Assembly: GCA_973895155.1 (NCBI GenBank) | Contig: OZ316892.1 | Coordinates: 27,800,307 to 27,864,306 of the forward strand | DNA length: 64,000 nt | Direction: 5' to 3' | Origin: Marsupella aquatica | Lineage: Eukaryota > Plantae > Marchantiophyta | Part shown: one piece after another, positions 1 through 12,142 of the stretch | Numbering within the stretch: position 1 is the stretch's first letter | Layout: each line of letters begins with the position of its first letter | Made by a program: the position numbers and the translations under genes | The notes under the pieces: model-generated | The model's database searches: none | Told to the model about the DNA's origin: nothing | Seen by the model: only the letters and a program-made list of their open reading frames with translations

Positions 1-82
1 CTTTGCATTCGGTCCAGCAAAGCAAAGCAGAGCAGGGCAGGAGTTGGGGGTCATTGCGTTGGAGCACTTGTTGTTGCTGGAG

Positions 83-1163
83 ATGGCCGCAATTTCAGCT
101 AGAATCGTCCGTGCTGCTCTCGGATCCGTCTGCCGTTCTTCAATCGTACCCAGTTCAGGTGGGTTTCCGGTTCTCGTATCTACTGGAGGAGAAGTGGGCA
201 TTCAAGAGAAGCTTTTCTGTCGTCCGCGTGACAATAATTCTGCATCTAGAATGTATGGCGTTGTCATCTGTTGGAGTCTAGGGTTTTTCGAATCTCAAGA
301 TATTTTGTGTTGGGCCGTCCCGTGTATCATATAAATTGGTTCTCCGAGTGTTTGTTGTAAGAATGTGAACAATATCCTTGGTATAGAAACTATGACACGC
401 CTTGGAAGCTTGAGAGGTGAAGTGGTGTCTATTTCTCTCGAGATTGTGGTGGGAGATGTCCACGTAGAAAGAGGACTGCTTCACTTGAGAGTTGACGATC
501 TAAAAGCCAATGGGTGCATAGCATGTTCATTTAGAGCCCTCACTCGCTCGGGAATCTAAAGTTCGAGATTTTTGTGAATTAGAATTTGTTTCGGATGATG
601 ACTGATTTTGATGGTGGTGACGAGGGATCAGATGCCGGCGCTGGAGTAGCAGGAGCAGGGGGCTGGTCCTTGCTGCTGAGGAGATGGGCCACCAAGAAAG
701 CTGGAGGATCTTCTCAAAATGGCCGAGATTCACTGCCAAAGAATTTGGGTGTGAAGAAGTTCGGAGGTCAGGTAGGTTTCGTAATCCCGCTGTGCCTTCT
801 GTTTTTGTAGAAAGATGAATCGTGGGATTCCGCGGTTAGTCCGTAGAGTTGTGTGTAATGAAGGGCCTCATAAACAAGTGATGACTACGATTGCTGCAGA
901 AAGTAATTCCTGGAAACATCGTGGTTCGTCAGCGAGGCACCAGGTTTCACCCCGGAAACTTCATGGGGATGGGGCGAGATCACACATTGTTCGCTCTTGT
1001 AGCAGGGCATGTGCGGTTTGAGAAAAATCCTCGTACGAAACGAAAGTGGGTTCATGTGGATCCAGAAGGCGGCGTTCCTGTTCATCCACTCTTTCAAACT
1101 TCCAAGCCTGACCCTACCGACAGTGCTGCAACCACAGAAAACATTGCACTATCGCTGTCTTAG
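83..1163 (+). CDS. RPL27: Mitochondrial 50S ribosomal protein L27 (bL27m), 3 exons: 83-158, 632-771, 900-1163
   Basis: Spliced product contains the bL27 signature [49 protein letters not shown]...[11 protein letters not shown]. Introns are GT-AG with compatible phases (1 and 0). The Arg/Ser/Ala-rich N-terminus [20 protein letters not shown] looks like a presequence, and RWATKK is typical of the plant mitochondrial form. Confidence 0.92.
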
Positions 1164-1199
1164 AGCAATTCCAGGAGGATTGTAGGAACTTAATTTATC

Positions 1200-1510
1200 A
1201 AGACACCAATTTTGGAAGATTGCCTTCTTCTCCACAGAGCCGAAATTGTCAAACCGAATCCCCCTAGGGTTTTTAGCTATTGGTGACATCATTCATAGCA
1301 GATTGTCTTCAGCTCTATAGGACCTCAATAGTTGCAGTCACGAAATACCATCAAGGTGGGAGAGGTTTCAGCAATTGGTGACAGGAGTTTGGCAGGCAGA
1401 TTGCCTTCAGCTTTTTAGGACCTCAATCGCTGCAGCAAACAGTTTGGTCAAGGTTCTAGAGCGTTTAGCTATTTGGGATAATTTGTAGCAGATTCTCCTT
1501 AGGATATCAT
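1200..1510. repeat. Degenerate ~90-98 bp tandem repeat downstream of RPL27 (probable 3' UTR)
   Basis: GCAGATTG(T/C)CTTCAGCT..TAGGACCTCAAT.G.TGCAG at 1298 and 1396; partial copies near 1216 and 1488. Confidence 0.55.
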
Positions 1511-3528
1511 TTGGGGAACTGTCGTAGTGATATTCCTTGTGCCGTTACGTGGGGCTGTCGAAATTTTAGCTCTTGCTGATACCTTTCTTAACGGATGGTC
1601 TTCAGCTGGACAACCTGAAATGCCCTTCAGCGGTAGAGTTTTAGAAGTTTGAGTCGCTTGTCTCCTTGATGAGACTCACTGGCACAAAATTGTAATGGCT
1701 TGATTGAAATCATATGCAAAGTTTGATGTCCACCTCCCGACCAAGCGCCCATCCAAAAAAAGCACAAGCATGTGAGGTGTTTTAGAGTAAATGTCTCACC
1801 ACAACACCGACTAAACCGAAGCTCGCATCCTTGTGCCTTTTTTGGGGGGTGCTTGGTTGAAAGTGGGGACAATACATCTTGCAGGTTGAGAAATATATAT
1901 GCAGCAATTATATCTCTCTTGATTTGTGTTGCTCCTCCTCGTTAGCAAGTGAGGCTTGTTAGCAACGAATTGTACTGCTTTCGGTTATTTTCTTCAAGCT
2001 TGGGGATACATGATGTTGGCCATCTGCAGGACTGGTACCATTTTGCAACTATTTAGAGTTCAGCAGCTGGGAGGGAATGATCACAAGTTAAGATTTAGCG
2101 CCCAATAGTCCGCTTTTTGGAGCTAGTTCCAATCCTGAATGTGCAGTAGATCATTCCTCAGAGCATGCAGTCATTTGTTCCAAGTCAGATACTTCTACCG
2201 TTTCCTACCTCGGGTGTGTTGTGAGGTAGCGATGGCCTTGTGCTGAAGGAGATCGTTGCTTAGGTTGCTGATTATGAGATGGCTCGTAAAGTTTTCATCT
2301 CTCGATGGAGCCTGCCTCGGGCTGGCAATGTTCACTTTGAAACAAGTTGTGAGGTAGGAGGACGAGTAAAGTTCCTTGCCCTTTGAAGAATGCAACATAG
2401 CAGTCATTCTGTCACCAAAATTGTCAATTCTGGAACTTGGTCTGGGGCTTATTGATTGTGTCAGCGAATGAAAGTGATAAGTTGCCTGAAAATCCCTCAC
2501 GAACCGCTGCAGGAGACGAAACGCTGCAGGAAGCAAGTAACTTTAACACGCAAAGGAGTGCCCCGGGAAACTCTCCATGATTTGTACAAACAATATCCAT
2601 CGTTCCACCTCTCCATTATTTGTTCGTTCCACAGACTAGATAAAGAACTGTCCCTTGTCTGGAATTTGTAATGTTGCTCCAACGATTCTGTCCGTCACTC
2701 ATGGTAAGTAAGCAGTGACGTTGCGACAGGGAGCTAGTCACATCTAGTCGTTCCAAAATCTATATTTTATCCACGAGACAGTCTTCCTTCGGTCTGACAC
2801 ATCGACGTCGCCACTCTGCAATCAGGGGATGGGAGATTGCCTAGTCCCAACAACAGAGCTTCACGTTCTCAGAAATCAGTCAGCTGGAAGCGTCAAACGA
2901 AAATTCAACAGCCAACTAGTCTTCGATTACCTACCGAGCTTGTCTCCTCGACTTCGAGAACTTAACTGAAACCCGAGACTTGCACATCAAAACAGACTTC
3001 TTCTCCAAAGCAAGTTAATTCCCGTCCGTTAAAAAAACTTTGCATGCCAGTTTCAGCTGATCTAGTTACACGAGAGCAAACAACTTCGAAATTATTCCTG
3101 TCCAACTCATCTGCACTTTGGGCATGCTTTGCGTCAAATAAATAAAGTCGGAACTACCACAGATATCCACTGCAAATGAAACAATACATCCTCGGAGTAT
3201 CAACTGGGAAAGCAGATCTTCAGACTCCATCATTACGAAGAACAATATTGAGGCTGGCTACAATTGAATCACTTCATCGGCTCGACTTAAATTAAAGCCT
3301 ATGAAGCTGTGTTTGCTTGGCTTCCATGTACACATCCACTGCAATGAAATGATCTTCCGTTGAGCATAAATTGGGAAACGGAGCGGGTGCTTAAGCTAGA
3401 CTCTTACTGAAGAGCAAAGCTGACACGACACAGGCTAGAATTTGATTGATTTAATCATGGAAGAAAGTGCGAATGGATGCCTTCAAATTACAACGTTGCT
3501 GAACTGTCAAAATTGAATTGGATTGAAT

Positions 3529-4965
3529 CTATGGACCCAAAGAAGCTTGTAAGCTCGGTTGGAATTGCAGGCTTCTAATGCAGATGACTCCCTCTTGGCC
3601 CCACTCGGGCCGCTCCCCCACAAAGCACCACAAATTCTGTGAGAGGCTGTACAAAAACACCGCCCTGCCGTCCACACAATTGGTGCAATCCAATTTCCCA
3701 TCCTTCATCCCCATTGTGAAGCACAACAAATCATTCTGAGGAGGTGATGCTGATGCTGAACGAGATTTCGATGCATTCGCGAGGAATTGAGCGCCTGCTT
3801 TGGAGTTCACTGACATGGAGCTCTCCAATTCGAGCATGGGAATGGAGGTGAGCTCTCGCCACCGTCCGTCGCTGAGATCGTCCGTCGTGTGGAGATACTC
3901 ACAAACTCTCAACTGAAAGTTCCTCTCGAACCGAATATTTCGTCTTTGCTGCAGCTCCCTCGAGCGGAGCAGCTCGGTCGGAGATACTGTCACCCTCACC
4001 ATGAGCAACCTCCCTCCACAATTCTCAAGATATCCAAATCTCGGGAACGGATCTCTAGAGAAAAGATTATCGAACGAGCTGCATGTATTGTTTTCCACAT
4101 TGTAGACGAAGACCTTCCCCTGTCCATTCGCTCCCACGCCGAGGAAGAGGAGCCGTCCTCTGTATTCCACCGGAGACGAGCAGACATCGTGGATAGGAGA
4201 CAAAAAGTTGTCGAAGAGCTTCCAAGTTTTCTGCCTCGAGTCATAGATTTCCGTCTTCTCGACGCTGGCGAGGATGACCTTATAGTTTCCTGTGTGTGCG
4301 TCGGCGACGATGCCCATGTGCGGGACGAAGGATCCAATTCGCTCAGGGATTCGTTCCCATGAGTTGGGCTTGAGCGGATTGCACACGACCATGTCGAGGA
4401 ATTTGTAAGACGGGGGGCCGGGCACATGGTTTGGTGCCATTGTGGCGCTTGGGGGCAGGCGGCAGACGCGGATTTTGCCCACGCAGAGGAGAAGGCTGCC
4501 CGCTGTGGCGCACACCTGTTGAATTTGAGGGAGGTGGTCGAATCTGAGCTCGTGCCATCTGTTTGTGTGAGTGTTGTAGCAGTCGAGTGTCATGGCGGAG
4601 GTCGAGTGGTGGTTCTTTCGCTGGAAGATGAACCAGGAATTGTGCGTCGAGGCGGCGGCGTCGGAGCGCAGATGGAGGAAAGATAAGTTGTTGCTGATGA
4701 GCGCTTTCCAATCACGGCACACTAGTTCGAGTCGTGCTAAGCTCTCCAGCGGGAGGCGAGCCAGTACCCCGAGGAGCAAATCCTCCGGGAGCTTGCTCCA
4801 CAACGAGTCGTCCATTTGCTCCTCCTTGTCCTCGTCGTTGTTGCTCCTCTTGCTGCTGATGTTGTTGTCGCCTTTTCTTCGGTCTCCTACGAGCTCTATC
4901 ATGCCGGAAACCATGTCGTGCTCTCTGCGTTGGAACAGCTTCATTCCCACGGAGCCAAGGAACAT
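3529..4965 (-). CDS. Intronless plant F-box protein with C-terminal kelch/beta-propeller-like domain (478 aa)
   Basis: N-terminal F-box LWSKLPEDLLLGVLARLPLESLARLELVCRDWKALISN; characteristic VVCNPL...W, YKVIL...TEIYDS...W, L.NCGGRLLMV motifs and a terminal FQPSLQA typical of plant F-box/kelch proteins. The exact start Met is uncertain (several in frame). Confidence 0.9.
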   Translation of the reverse strand: MFLGSVGMKLFQRREHDMVSGMIELVGDRRKGDNNISSKRSNNDEDKEEQMDDSLWSKLPEDLLLGVLARLPLESLARLELVCRDWKALISNNLSFLHLRSDAAASTHNSWFIFQRKNHHSTSAMTLDCYNTHTNRWHELRFDHLPQIQQVCATAGSLLLCVGKIRVCRLPPSATMAPNHVPGPPSYKFLDMVVCNPLKPNSWERIPERIGSFVPHMGIVADAHTGNYKVILASVEKTEIYDSRQKTWKLFDNFLSPIHDVCSSPVEYRGRLLFLGVGANGQGKVFVYNVENNTCSSFDNLFSRDPFPRFGYLENCGGRLLMVRVTVSPTELLRSRELQQRRNIRFERNFQLRVCEYLHTTDDLSDGRWRELTSIPMLELESSMSVNSKAGAQFLANASKSRSASASPPQNDLLCFTMGMKDGKLDCTNCVDGRAVFLYSLSQNLWCFVGERPEWGQEGVICIRSLQFQPSLQASLGP

Positions 4966-7247
4966 CTCCGACGCTCCTCCACCACTTCACAACCTCGGAA
5001 ACCAGAACGATATGATGACAAAATGATGAACGAATCTGTCGTGGAATGCAAAAGCTATTCCTATAGTAGTCTAGTCAAGCACACCTAGTGCAATAATTGC
5101 GGATTTCGTCGTCTGCTGCCAAAGGAAAACACCTCCCCTTCTGCCTCACCCGCCACCTCATAAGCTCGAAAATAGCACGGGTGACGTGACAAAATCCATT
5201 CTGGAAGAACGCAGAGCTCTTTCTTTCTTTCTAGTCTACGAAACCTGATGAGGCAATTCCGGATCCCGCTCTTTGTAGAAAGAGCTTCTTGTTCCGGGCA
5301 GCAGCTTCAGAAACGCAATGACCGGATACGGTAGTAAACACGGATGCCTCATCCGTACGAAGGGACTGTCGAGACCATCCGACCTCGATACCGTGCAATT
5401 CTACCAAAAATTCGCACATTCTACAGGAGAAGCATCCCGTAGTCCAAGGCACAGCTCCACGCGTCCATCAATACGATTAGAGTTCACAGCAGCAAAATTA
5501 ACTAAAGCTTCGGGCGGAAGGAAACCCTGAAAGCAGAACAAAACCTGGAGCTCCTCGTCAGGCACGGGAAATGAGCAGATTCTCTCTCGTATTCGCTCCA
5601 AGGACTACTCGAATTCAGGCAAAGTATTTTCTCGATCTCCCACGCTGCGTCCTTTGCCACAAAACAGCATGGAGGCGGAAGTGTGCTTCGTGTCGAGAGT
5701 CGTGATCGTCGGTGGTCTGTATCGCTCCACCAGAAAGGAGTAGGCACAACAGGAAACTTCGGACTTCGGAGCCTCAAGAGTGGGCCCGGACGAACTCGAT
5801 AGTTACAGAAACTTACGCATCATTTTCTAGGACTATGGCTTCGTCTAGTGACGGTCGATCGTCCGCTTGTCGGTGTGCAAAACTGACCACGTCATTTGAA
5901 CTTGACGGTGCACTTTACGATAATTCTCAACTACAGTGTCGTCGGCGGACAATTCTCGTCAAGAGGTGGATTCATTCCTGGATTCCGTAGTTGAGTTGAG
6001 TCTTCATCATATTAAGTCCGGTTTGTGTTGAGTGACTGTGCAATGGAATTGTCGATCCTCCTCTGCTTGCAGCGAAGTCGATTGAGAGGTTTCTCTCACC
6101 CCGGCCATTTTTTAGACTATGGTTGCTCCTCGCCGAAGGCCTTCCGTCCAATCGAAATTGGATGACTTACTCGCGAAATTCTCGGACACTCTTCATGTAA
6201 ACCGAACCGCAATCAGAATTGGCAGACGACGCGCGCGATGTTGAGTGATAATGCACTGCCACCGCTTTCTCGTTTTCTCGCATAATCACCCAGACTGCTT
6301 TCTTCCGTGTTCAATCGGAAGCCCGAATTCCATCCGAACTGATGATTGGATCGATGATTTTCGTGACCTGTGAAAGTCACCGATGCTTTTCTTCTCCTCA
6401 TGGGGATTGGGATGAACAGGCGGTGATGAATGAATCGCATTTAAATTCACCCATTCGAACCTCTCGCATGAGTAAACTCCAGAAAGGGTCAATGATCCCG
6501 AAGGTATCCGGATTGATGGAAGAGAACAGAGTGGTGATGAATGAATGAATGATGTAATCAAATTTGTTTATGACATATGGCCTTGCTGTTGTATTTTGTA
6601 GGATGTCGGGGCTATGTCTCCAAATGTTTCCCGAAATCCATCTGGACTTCTTAATTTGATTATTGACGAGTGACCTTCGAAAATCGAGTGTCCTCTCATG
6701 ATGGGGGCTTCGAATGTATGAATGATACAATGAACGTCGGATGCACGGAACGTGAGCGAGAACGTCCGCTATTTCCCACGAACACAATCCTGGAACGATC
6801 GGCAGACAAGGAAGCTTCTCGACTCCGCCTGCCCCTTCCTGTGAAAGACGTGATCGATCGACACCTCTCCTTCCAGCAGATTGAGGGATCGGCGGATTAG
6901 AAAGCTTCGATTCTCGCCCATCCTTCCCCTTCCTGTGAAGAAGAGAAGCAAGAAAAAGGCCCGAATGGCCCACAATTCGGCATTCCTACATTCCTCGCTT
7001 TCCTTCTCACCTCCAGAAATGTGTGGCCACCCGAAATCTCCCCTGAATCCAACTGTTTCAGTTTCCAAAGGAACCACCAATGCCTTCACCGCGGTGAACG
7101 GCCGGAGGAAACGGGGCTCCCCGACTGTTAGCGTTTGCTGAATTGTGACAGCGCCGGTTACGAAGAATTCATGATCGGCTGATTCGCGCGCAGGAAGGAA
7201 GGAAGGAAATGAAATGTACACTGCACAGAGGTCACCCTTCTGTCTTC

Positions 7248-7887
7248 ATGTCAACTGAACGTTACCCCAAGCAATTTGCTGTAATCCAATCTTCCTGACT
7301 TTTCGATTTTCCTGTGCAAAGAACACGAAGGAACAGGTATGTCGACTGAACATTACCGCAAAGCAATTTGTTGTCATGTAATCTTCCTGACTTTTCGATT
7401 TTCCTGTGCAAAGAACACAAAGGAACAGGTATGTCGACTGAACATTACCGCACAGCAATTTGCTGTAATCCAATCTTCCTGACTTTTCGATTTTCCTGTG
7501 CAAAGAACACGAAGGAACAGGTATGTCAACTGAACATTACCGCAAAGCAATTTGTTGTCATGTAATCTTCCTGACTTTTCGATTTTCCTGTGCAAAGAGC
7601 ACGAAGGAACAGGTATGTTGACTGAACATTACCACAAAGCAATTTGCTGTAATGTAATCTTCCTGACTTTTCGATTTTCCTGTGCAAAGAGCACGAAGGA
7701 ACAGGTATGTCGACTGAACATTACCGCAAGCAATTTGTTGTCATGTAATCTTCCTGACTTTTCGATTTTTCTGTGCAAAGAGCACGAAGGAACAGGTATG
7801 TTGACTGAACATTACCGCAAAGCAAGTTGCTGTCATGTAATCTTCCCGACTTTTCGATTTTTATGGAAAGAACACGAAGGAAAAGGT
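7248..7887. repeat. Tandem array, 92-bp unit, ~7 copies
   Basis: CTTCC(T/C)GACTTTTCGATTTT recurs at 7291, 7383, 7475, 7567, 7659, 7750 and 7842 (period 92/91). Confidence 0.95.
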
Positions 7888-8261
7888 TCGCTGCAAGCTT
7901 GGTACCGCCATGCGGAAGACACGAGGAGGAGGAGCAATGTCGACAATGTTCAGCTGCAGGGGAAACAGAGCCAGCGATCAACATTCACAAGGTTTCTGTG
8001 GGTGACACTGGAGAAATTCGATTTGCAAACTCTAGAGGCGAATCATGGCGATCAATAATGTCTTGGTCTGGACACTTTGGTCCAAGCTTGGCATCTGCAA
8101 ATCCACTGCCCTTGTTTTTTCATCGAACTGTCAACCAGGAAAGTTTCCAAAAATTGTTTCACAATGCTAATGGTAAGAAGAAAGGAGAGATTTGCTTAGT
8201 AGACCCCTCCTGGAGATGTTATGTTTAATCAGCCCCCCACAAAACTTCTATGCCCCAATCT

Positions 8262-8544
8262 ACCCACTCTTTATCTGTAAGTTGGGTTCTTCTAAACCCC
8301 CAAAACTGCACAGTTTTTGACCCACTCTTTATCTGTAACCCACTCTTTATCTGTAAGTTGGGTTCTTCTAAACCCCCAAACCTGCACAGTTTTTGACCCA
8401 CTCTTTATCTGTAACCCACTCTTTATCTGTAAGTTGGGTTCTTCTAAACCCCCAAAACTGCACAGTTTTTGACCCACTCTTTATCTGTAACCCACTCTTT
8501 ATCTGTAAGTTCCGTTCTTCTAAACCTCAAAAACTGCACAGTTT
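8262..8544. repeat. Tandem array, 76-bp unit with internal 18-bp duplication, ~3.7 copies, followed by a poly-T/poly-G tract
   Basis: Unit starts GTTGGGTTCTTCTAAACC at 8281, 8357 and 8433, with a variant at 8509; ACCCACTCTTTATCTGTA is doubled within each unit. Confidence 0.93.
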
Positions 8545-10371
8545 GTTTGTTTGTTTTTTTGTTTGGGGGGGGGGGGGGGCAGGGTTGGTAAACCTGATTA
8601 AGCAAAACATCTCCAGGAGAGGGTCTATTAAGAAAATCCCTCTAAAGAAGAAGAGAATCATTCCAGAAGCCGAGATTCATTCAACTCCAAAAGATCTTGG
8701 CAGTGACCACCAACATATTTTTTTGGGTTCGTTGTAGGCCTGTGGACTTGGAAATTAAGAAGCCTTCTTGCACCTGGGTCAAGGGAAATATTGACTTCGT
8801 TATCACAGTCTTGATGACAGCTTGTTTCAACCCCTCAGAGGATGGGTTTTATGGCATTATGGATTGTGATTGAGGCTGTGGGATCTTGAGTACAAAGATG
8901 TTGTGCAAAATCTTGCGTTCTTTGAGTTTTTTAGGAACCGACTTGTTTGACTCTGCTGCAAATGAAAACGACAAGCCATTTCCTTTCAACAGGTTGAATC
9001 AAATACCATTTTGCAGGTGGAAGTGCTTGTCTCATGTTCAAGATGAGGTGATCACTTGCTCAAATGGGCAGTGGATGTGGTTGGTGACCTCTTGTCATAC
9101 GTCGATCAGACCATAGGGGAACGTTCAGGCTGTCTGATCAATCACCTGCTCAGCAACAGAAATGATAACTATGCAATCATTAGTCAAATTTCATAAACAG
9201 CTTCCTGGACTATTTCACCATGACAAAAACATTGTTATGGATGGCTGGCTGCTCAAGATGTGGTGTTTGGCATGGCTGGCCCACAGTGGTATATGCGCGT
9301 TGTGCATGGTGTCTATAATTGCATGTGGGTAGTCAATCTTGAAACTAGAGTTTTCAACAATTATCATATTATGCTGCAGGTGAAACTCAATTAGAACAGT
9401 ACGTAGTCCAAACACCCACACTCACTACAACATATAAAGTAATGGTCACTGTCAACCCCAACACCGTCATTTCAAAGTCATGGAATCGAAGCTACTGTAG
9501 TAACATTCAACATCAAATCAACGCTCAAACTGTTTTGACAGCCATTACACAGATATAATCTTGCAATGCACTTGGTTGTCGTGACCGGCACTATTGTTAG
9601 CAAGGTCACAGACAGATTTGTCGCAGCACAAGCTTTGAGGTCCTTCTCCTTCTTCTCAAAGTTCTTTAATAATGAGACTCCATGCATGGTAGATAAGTGT
9701 TCATTAGAGGTTTTTGCAGCAACTCCAACACCAGGCCCTCCATCAAACAAAGAAAACTTTGACACATGGTCACTAGAAGCTTTTGTACCAACTCCAACAC
9801 TTAGACCTTTTGTTACAGAAAGAAGTCAGGCACCAAGAAACTTGTACTCCCATTTGATGTATAACAAGGGAGGCACAGTTGTGGATATATGTACATGGTT
9901 GTTATAATGATTGAGCTCTCTTGATGGAAAGCTAGATTTACATTGCCAGTGAATATTCCTATCTGAACAACCCCCAAATTAAAGAATTCAATCAGGTAAC
10001 CCAATTCAAATGCCCAGTAAACTCAAGCACTGATGGGGGCACTGATTCACAAAGGTTTAGACTACTAACAGTACCCCATAAGGAGGATTGGAAGTTGGAA
10101 ATTAGCAACTCCTCTGGTACCCTTGTTTGAACAATATTGCCAACAAGCAACGCTATTATTCCAATGTTTATTGTAGATCCCATGGTCCAAATGTTTCCTA
10201 GAGCAAAAGGGAGGATCCTGAAGTAAGTGGTGGTCTCCAGAGAGGAGCTGGAAGTTTCATCATGATAAACTTTGCAATGATCATTAGGATGCCACCACCT
10301 AGACATGGTGTATGACCTTTGAAGTACTTTAGTAAGGACACCTTGTTGGATCCTTTCTTACATTGTAATTT

Positions 10372-10578
10372 CAGCTTTAGAATACTTTGCCACTAAAGAT
10401 GTTTTAATTGACAATAAGCCACGGTTTTTATTGTATTAATAGAAATTTCACGGTTTCGTATATGGATGACAAGTTCACCAAGGTAACAAGTGGAGCTACA
10501 TATGGAAAACATTTTTTGTAAATACAAAAAATAGTGACAGTATTATAAATTCAAACATCTTTAGTGGCAATGTAGCTG
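10372..10578. mobile_element. 207-bp foldback MITE (Mutator-like by TSD length) with 10-bp target-site duplication
   Basis: Ends are CAGCT...AGCTG; TTGCCACTAAAGATGTTT (10387) is the reverse complement of AAACATCTTTAGTGGCAA (10553), and imperfect pairing continues ~60 bp inward. A perfect direct repeat ATTGTAATTT lies at 10362-10371 and 10579-10588. Confidence 0.8.
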
Positions 10579-11874
10579 ATTGTAATTTACCAAGGTGGGA
10601 GGTCCACCTAACACAATGGCTAAAGGCCATTTAATCCGGACCTTGTTCATTGATGAGGAGGAGAATCAGCTCAAAACAAATGACCCTGTACAATCTTTCT
10701 CATTACATAAACTCACCATGCAATCTGGATGGAATGAAAAACATAGTCACTGATTATCATTGGGAAGGTGTGTCTAGCTGATACCACAGTTTCTGAGTGT
10801 CTTTAAGTAACTACAGTAGCATGGCAAAAAAATGACGGAATGTACAGTTTTCTTGGTGATCCAAGCAATCTAAACCATGATTAAAGATCACTAATAGGTC
10901 ATACACTTCACTTTGCATAACAAATGGGATCTGTTGATGCTTTCTTTTTCCAATTCTAGGTGGCATATGATAGGGCCCACTTTATGCTGATGTGAAGAGC
11001 ACTTCTGTCCTCAGATTTAGACCTTGTCTTGAGATGGTATGAAGAAAATTTCCTGAAGGCAAGCCTGAGTTTTAGGAAGCAATAGTGAACTTTTCAAGCA
11101 CAGTTTGGAAAAGCATCTCCAAATGATCGAACCCTTACTGTTGACCGAACCCAATAACTAAAATGCAAAAAGTCATCTAAGTCATTCACTAACTCAATCA
11201 GATTTTCAGGCTCTGGGTTTTTTATTACTTGATTTTTAGTTGGTAGACAATATACAGTTCTGAATTTGTATTGTTTTTGTTGGTGGGTATTCTAGATTTT
11301 AAACTTCAGTGGTGTGAAGATGATTTCCAGTGTGGAGGAAGATCGCACAAGAAGGTTGGGGCTGAATTTCTTTTGACCGTGACACCTGTATTTTCAAACA
11401 ATGAACAGGGAGCAAACCCCAACAGGACCATGTCCTTGGGACGAACTCCACCAGGAGGACAACTAAGTGCAGTAGTCTACAGTAGCCATTTTTTGTGGGC
11501 AAAAATTTGCCAAAAACTTACCTAGAAAAGGGACTGGCCGATGATACTTGGGCTAAATTCTGGAAAAAATGGCAGCGGTTCGCCACATCAGGATCAAGGG
11601 CTGGCACCATTCGCCAGGAAACCCTAGGCAAGATAAGGGTTGTTCACCTGATTACTACTAATTACCATGCAAAGTATATAGTCGCCAGTCGCTAACAATG
11701 AGCTAACAAAGTTTTTCCAATAATGAGCTAGGGGAGCCAAGAAGTTTTCCCAAGAACTTAATTTCTCAGTTTCTATTAAAGAGAGCAGCTGGTCAAGTTA
11801 CCATTCGCCACCTGAAAGCACTCTTAAACTTTGTGTAAATTTATTCTCAACCAAAGGCTATTAGCCAGTTTGCA

Positions 11875-12142
11875 AAACACATGCAATAGCCAACTATCCT
11901 CATTCACACTAGGGAGCCACCTTGGCTAGGGTAAACTTTGACATTAAACTTTGAAATTAGCCACTGAATTTACTCTTAAACCAGAGACTATTAGCGAACC
12001 AACCCAAAACACATCCACTAGCCAACTGTCCTCTTCCCCATTAGGGAGCCACCTGGCTAATTTGCCAATTTGCTGCAACCCAAAACACATGCAGTAGCCA
12101 ACTTTACTCACTCCATAGGGCCAGTAGGGAGCCACCTGGCTA
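11875..12142. repeat. Three degenerate ~55-60 bp direct repeats
   Basis: AAAACACAT..A.TAGCCAACT...CTC.....TAGGGAGCCACC(T)TGGCTA at ~11875, ~12006 and ~12082; TCGCCA motifs recur in 11575-11815. Confidence 0.6.

Noticed and set aside
3889-5088. Plus-strand ORFs opposite the F-box gene, and similar shadow ORFs opposite the dynein and PFD6 exons
   Set aside because: Antisense shadows of real coding sequence.
5200-7230. Several 60-190 aa ORFs in the GC-balanced region upstream of the F-box gene
   Set aside because: No recognisable domain, no consistent splice path, and stops in the frames examined; most likely promoter, 5' leader or intergenic DNA.
7248-8544. Regular repeats that could be mistaken for CRISPR arrays or repeat-protein ORFs
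   Set aside because: The units are contiguous with no unique spacers, there are no cas genes, the context is eukaryotic, and the periods (92, 76) are not multiples of 3.
9325-9360. VVNLETR resembling the lead-in to a MULE SWIM zinc finger
   Set aside because: The required CxC...CxH residues do not follow.
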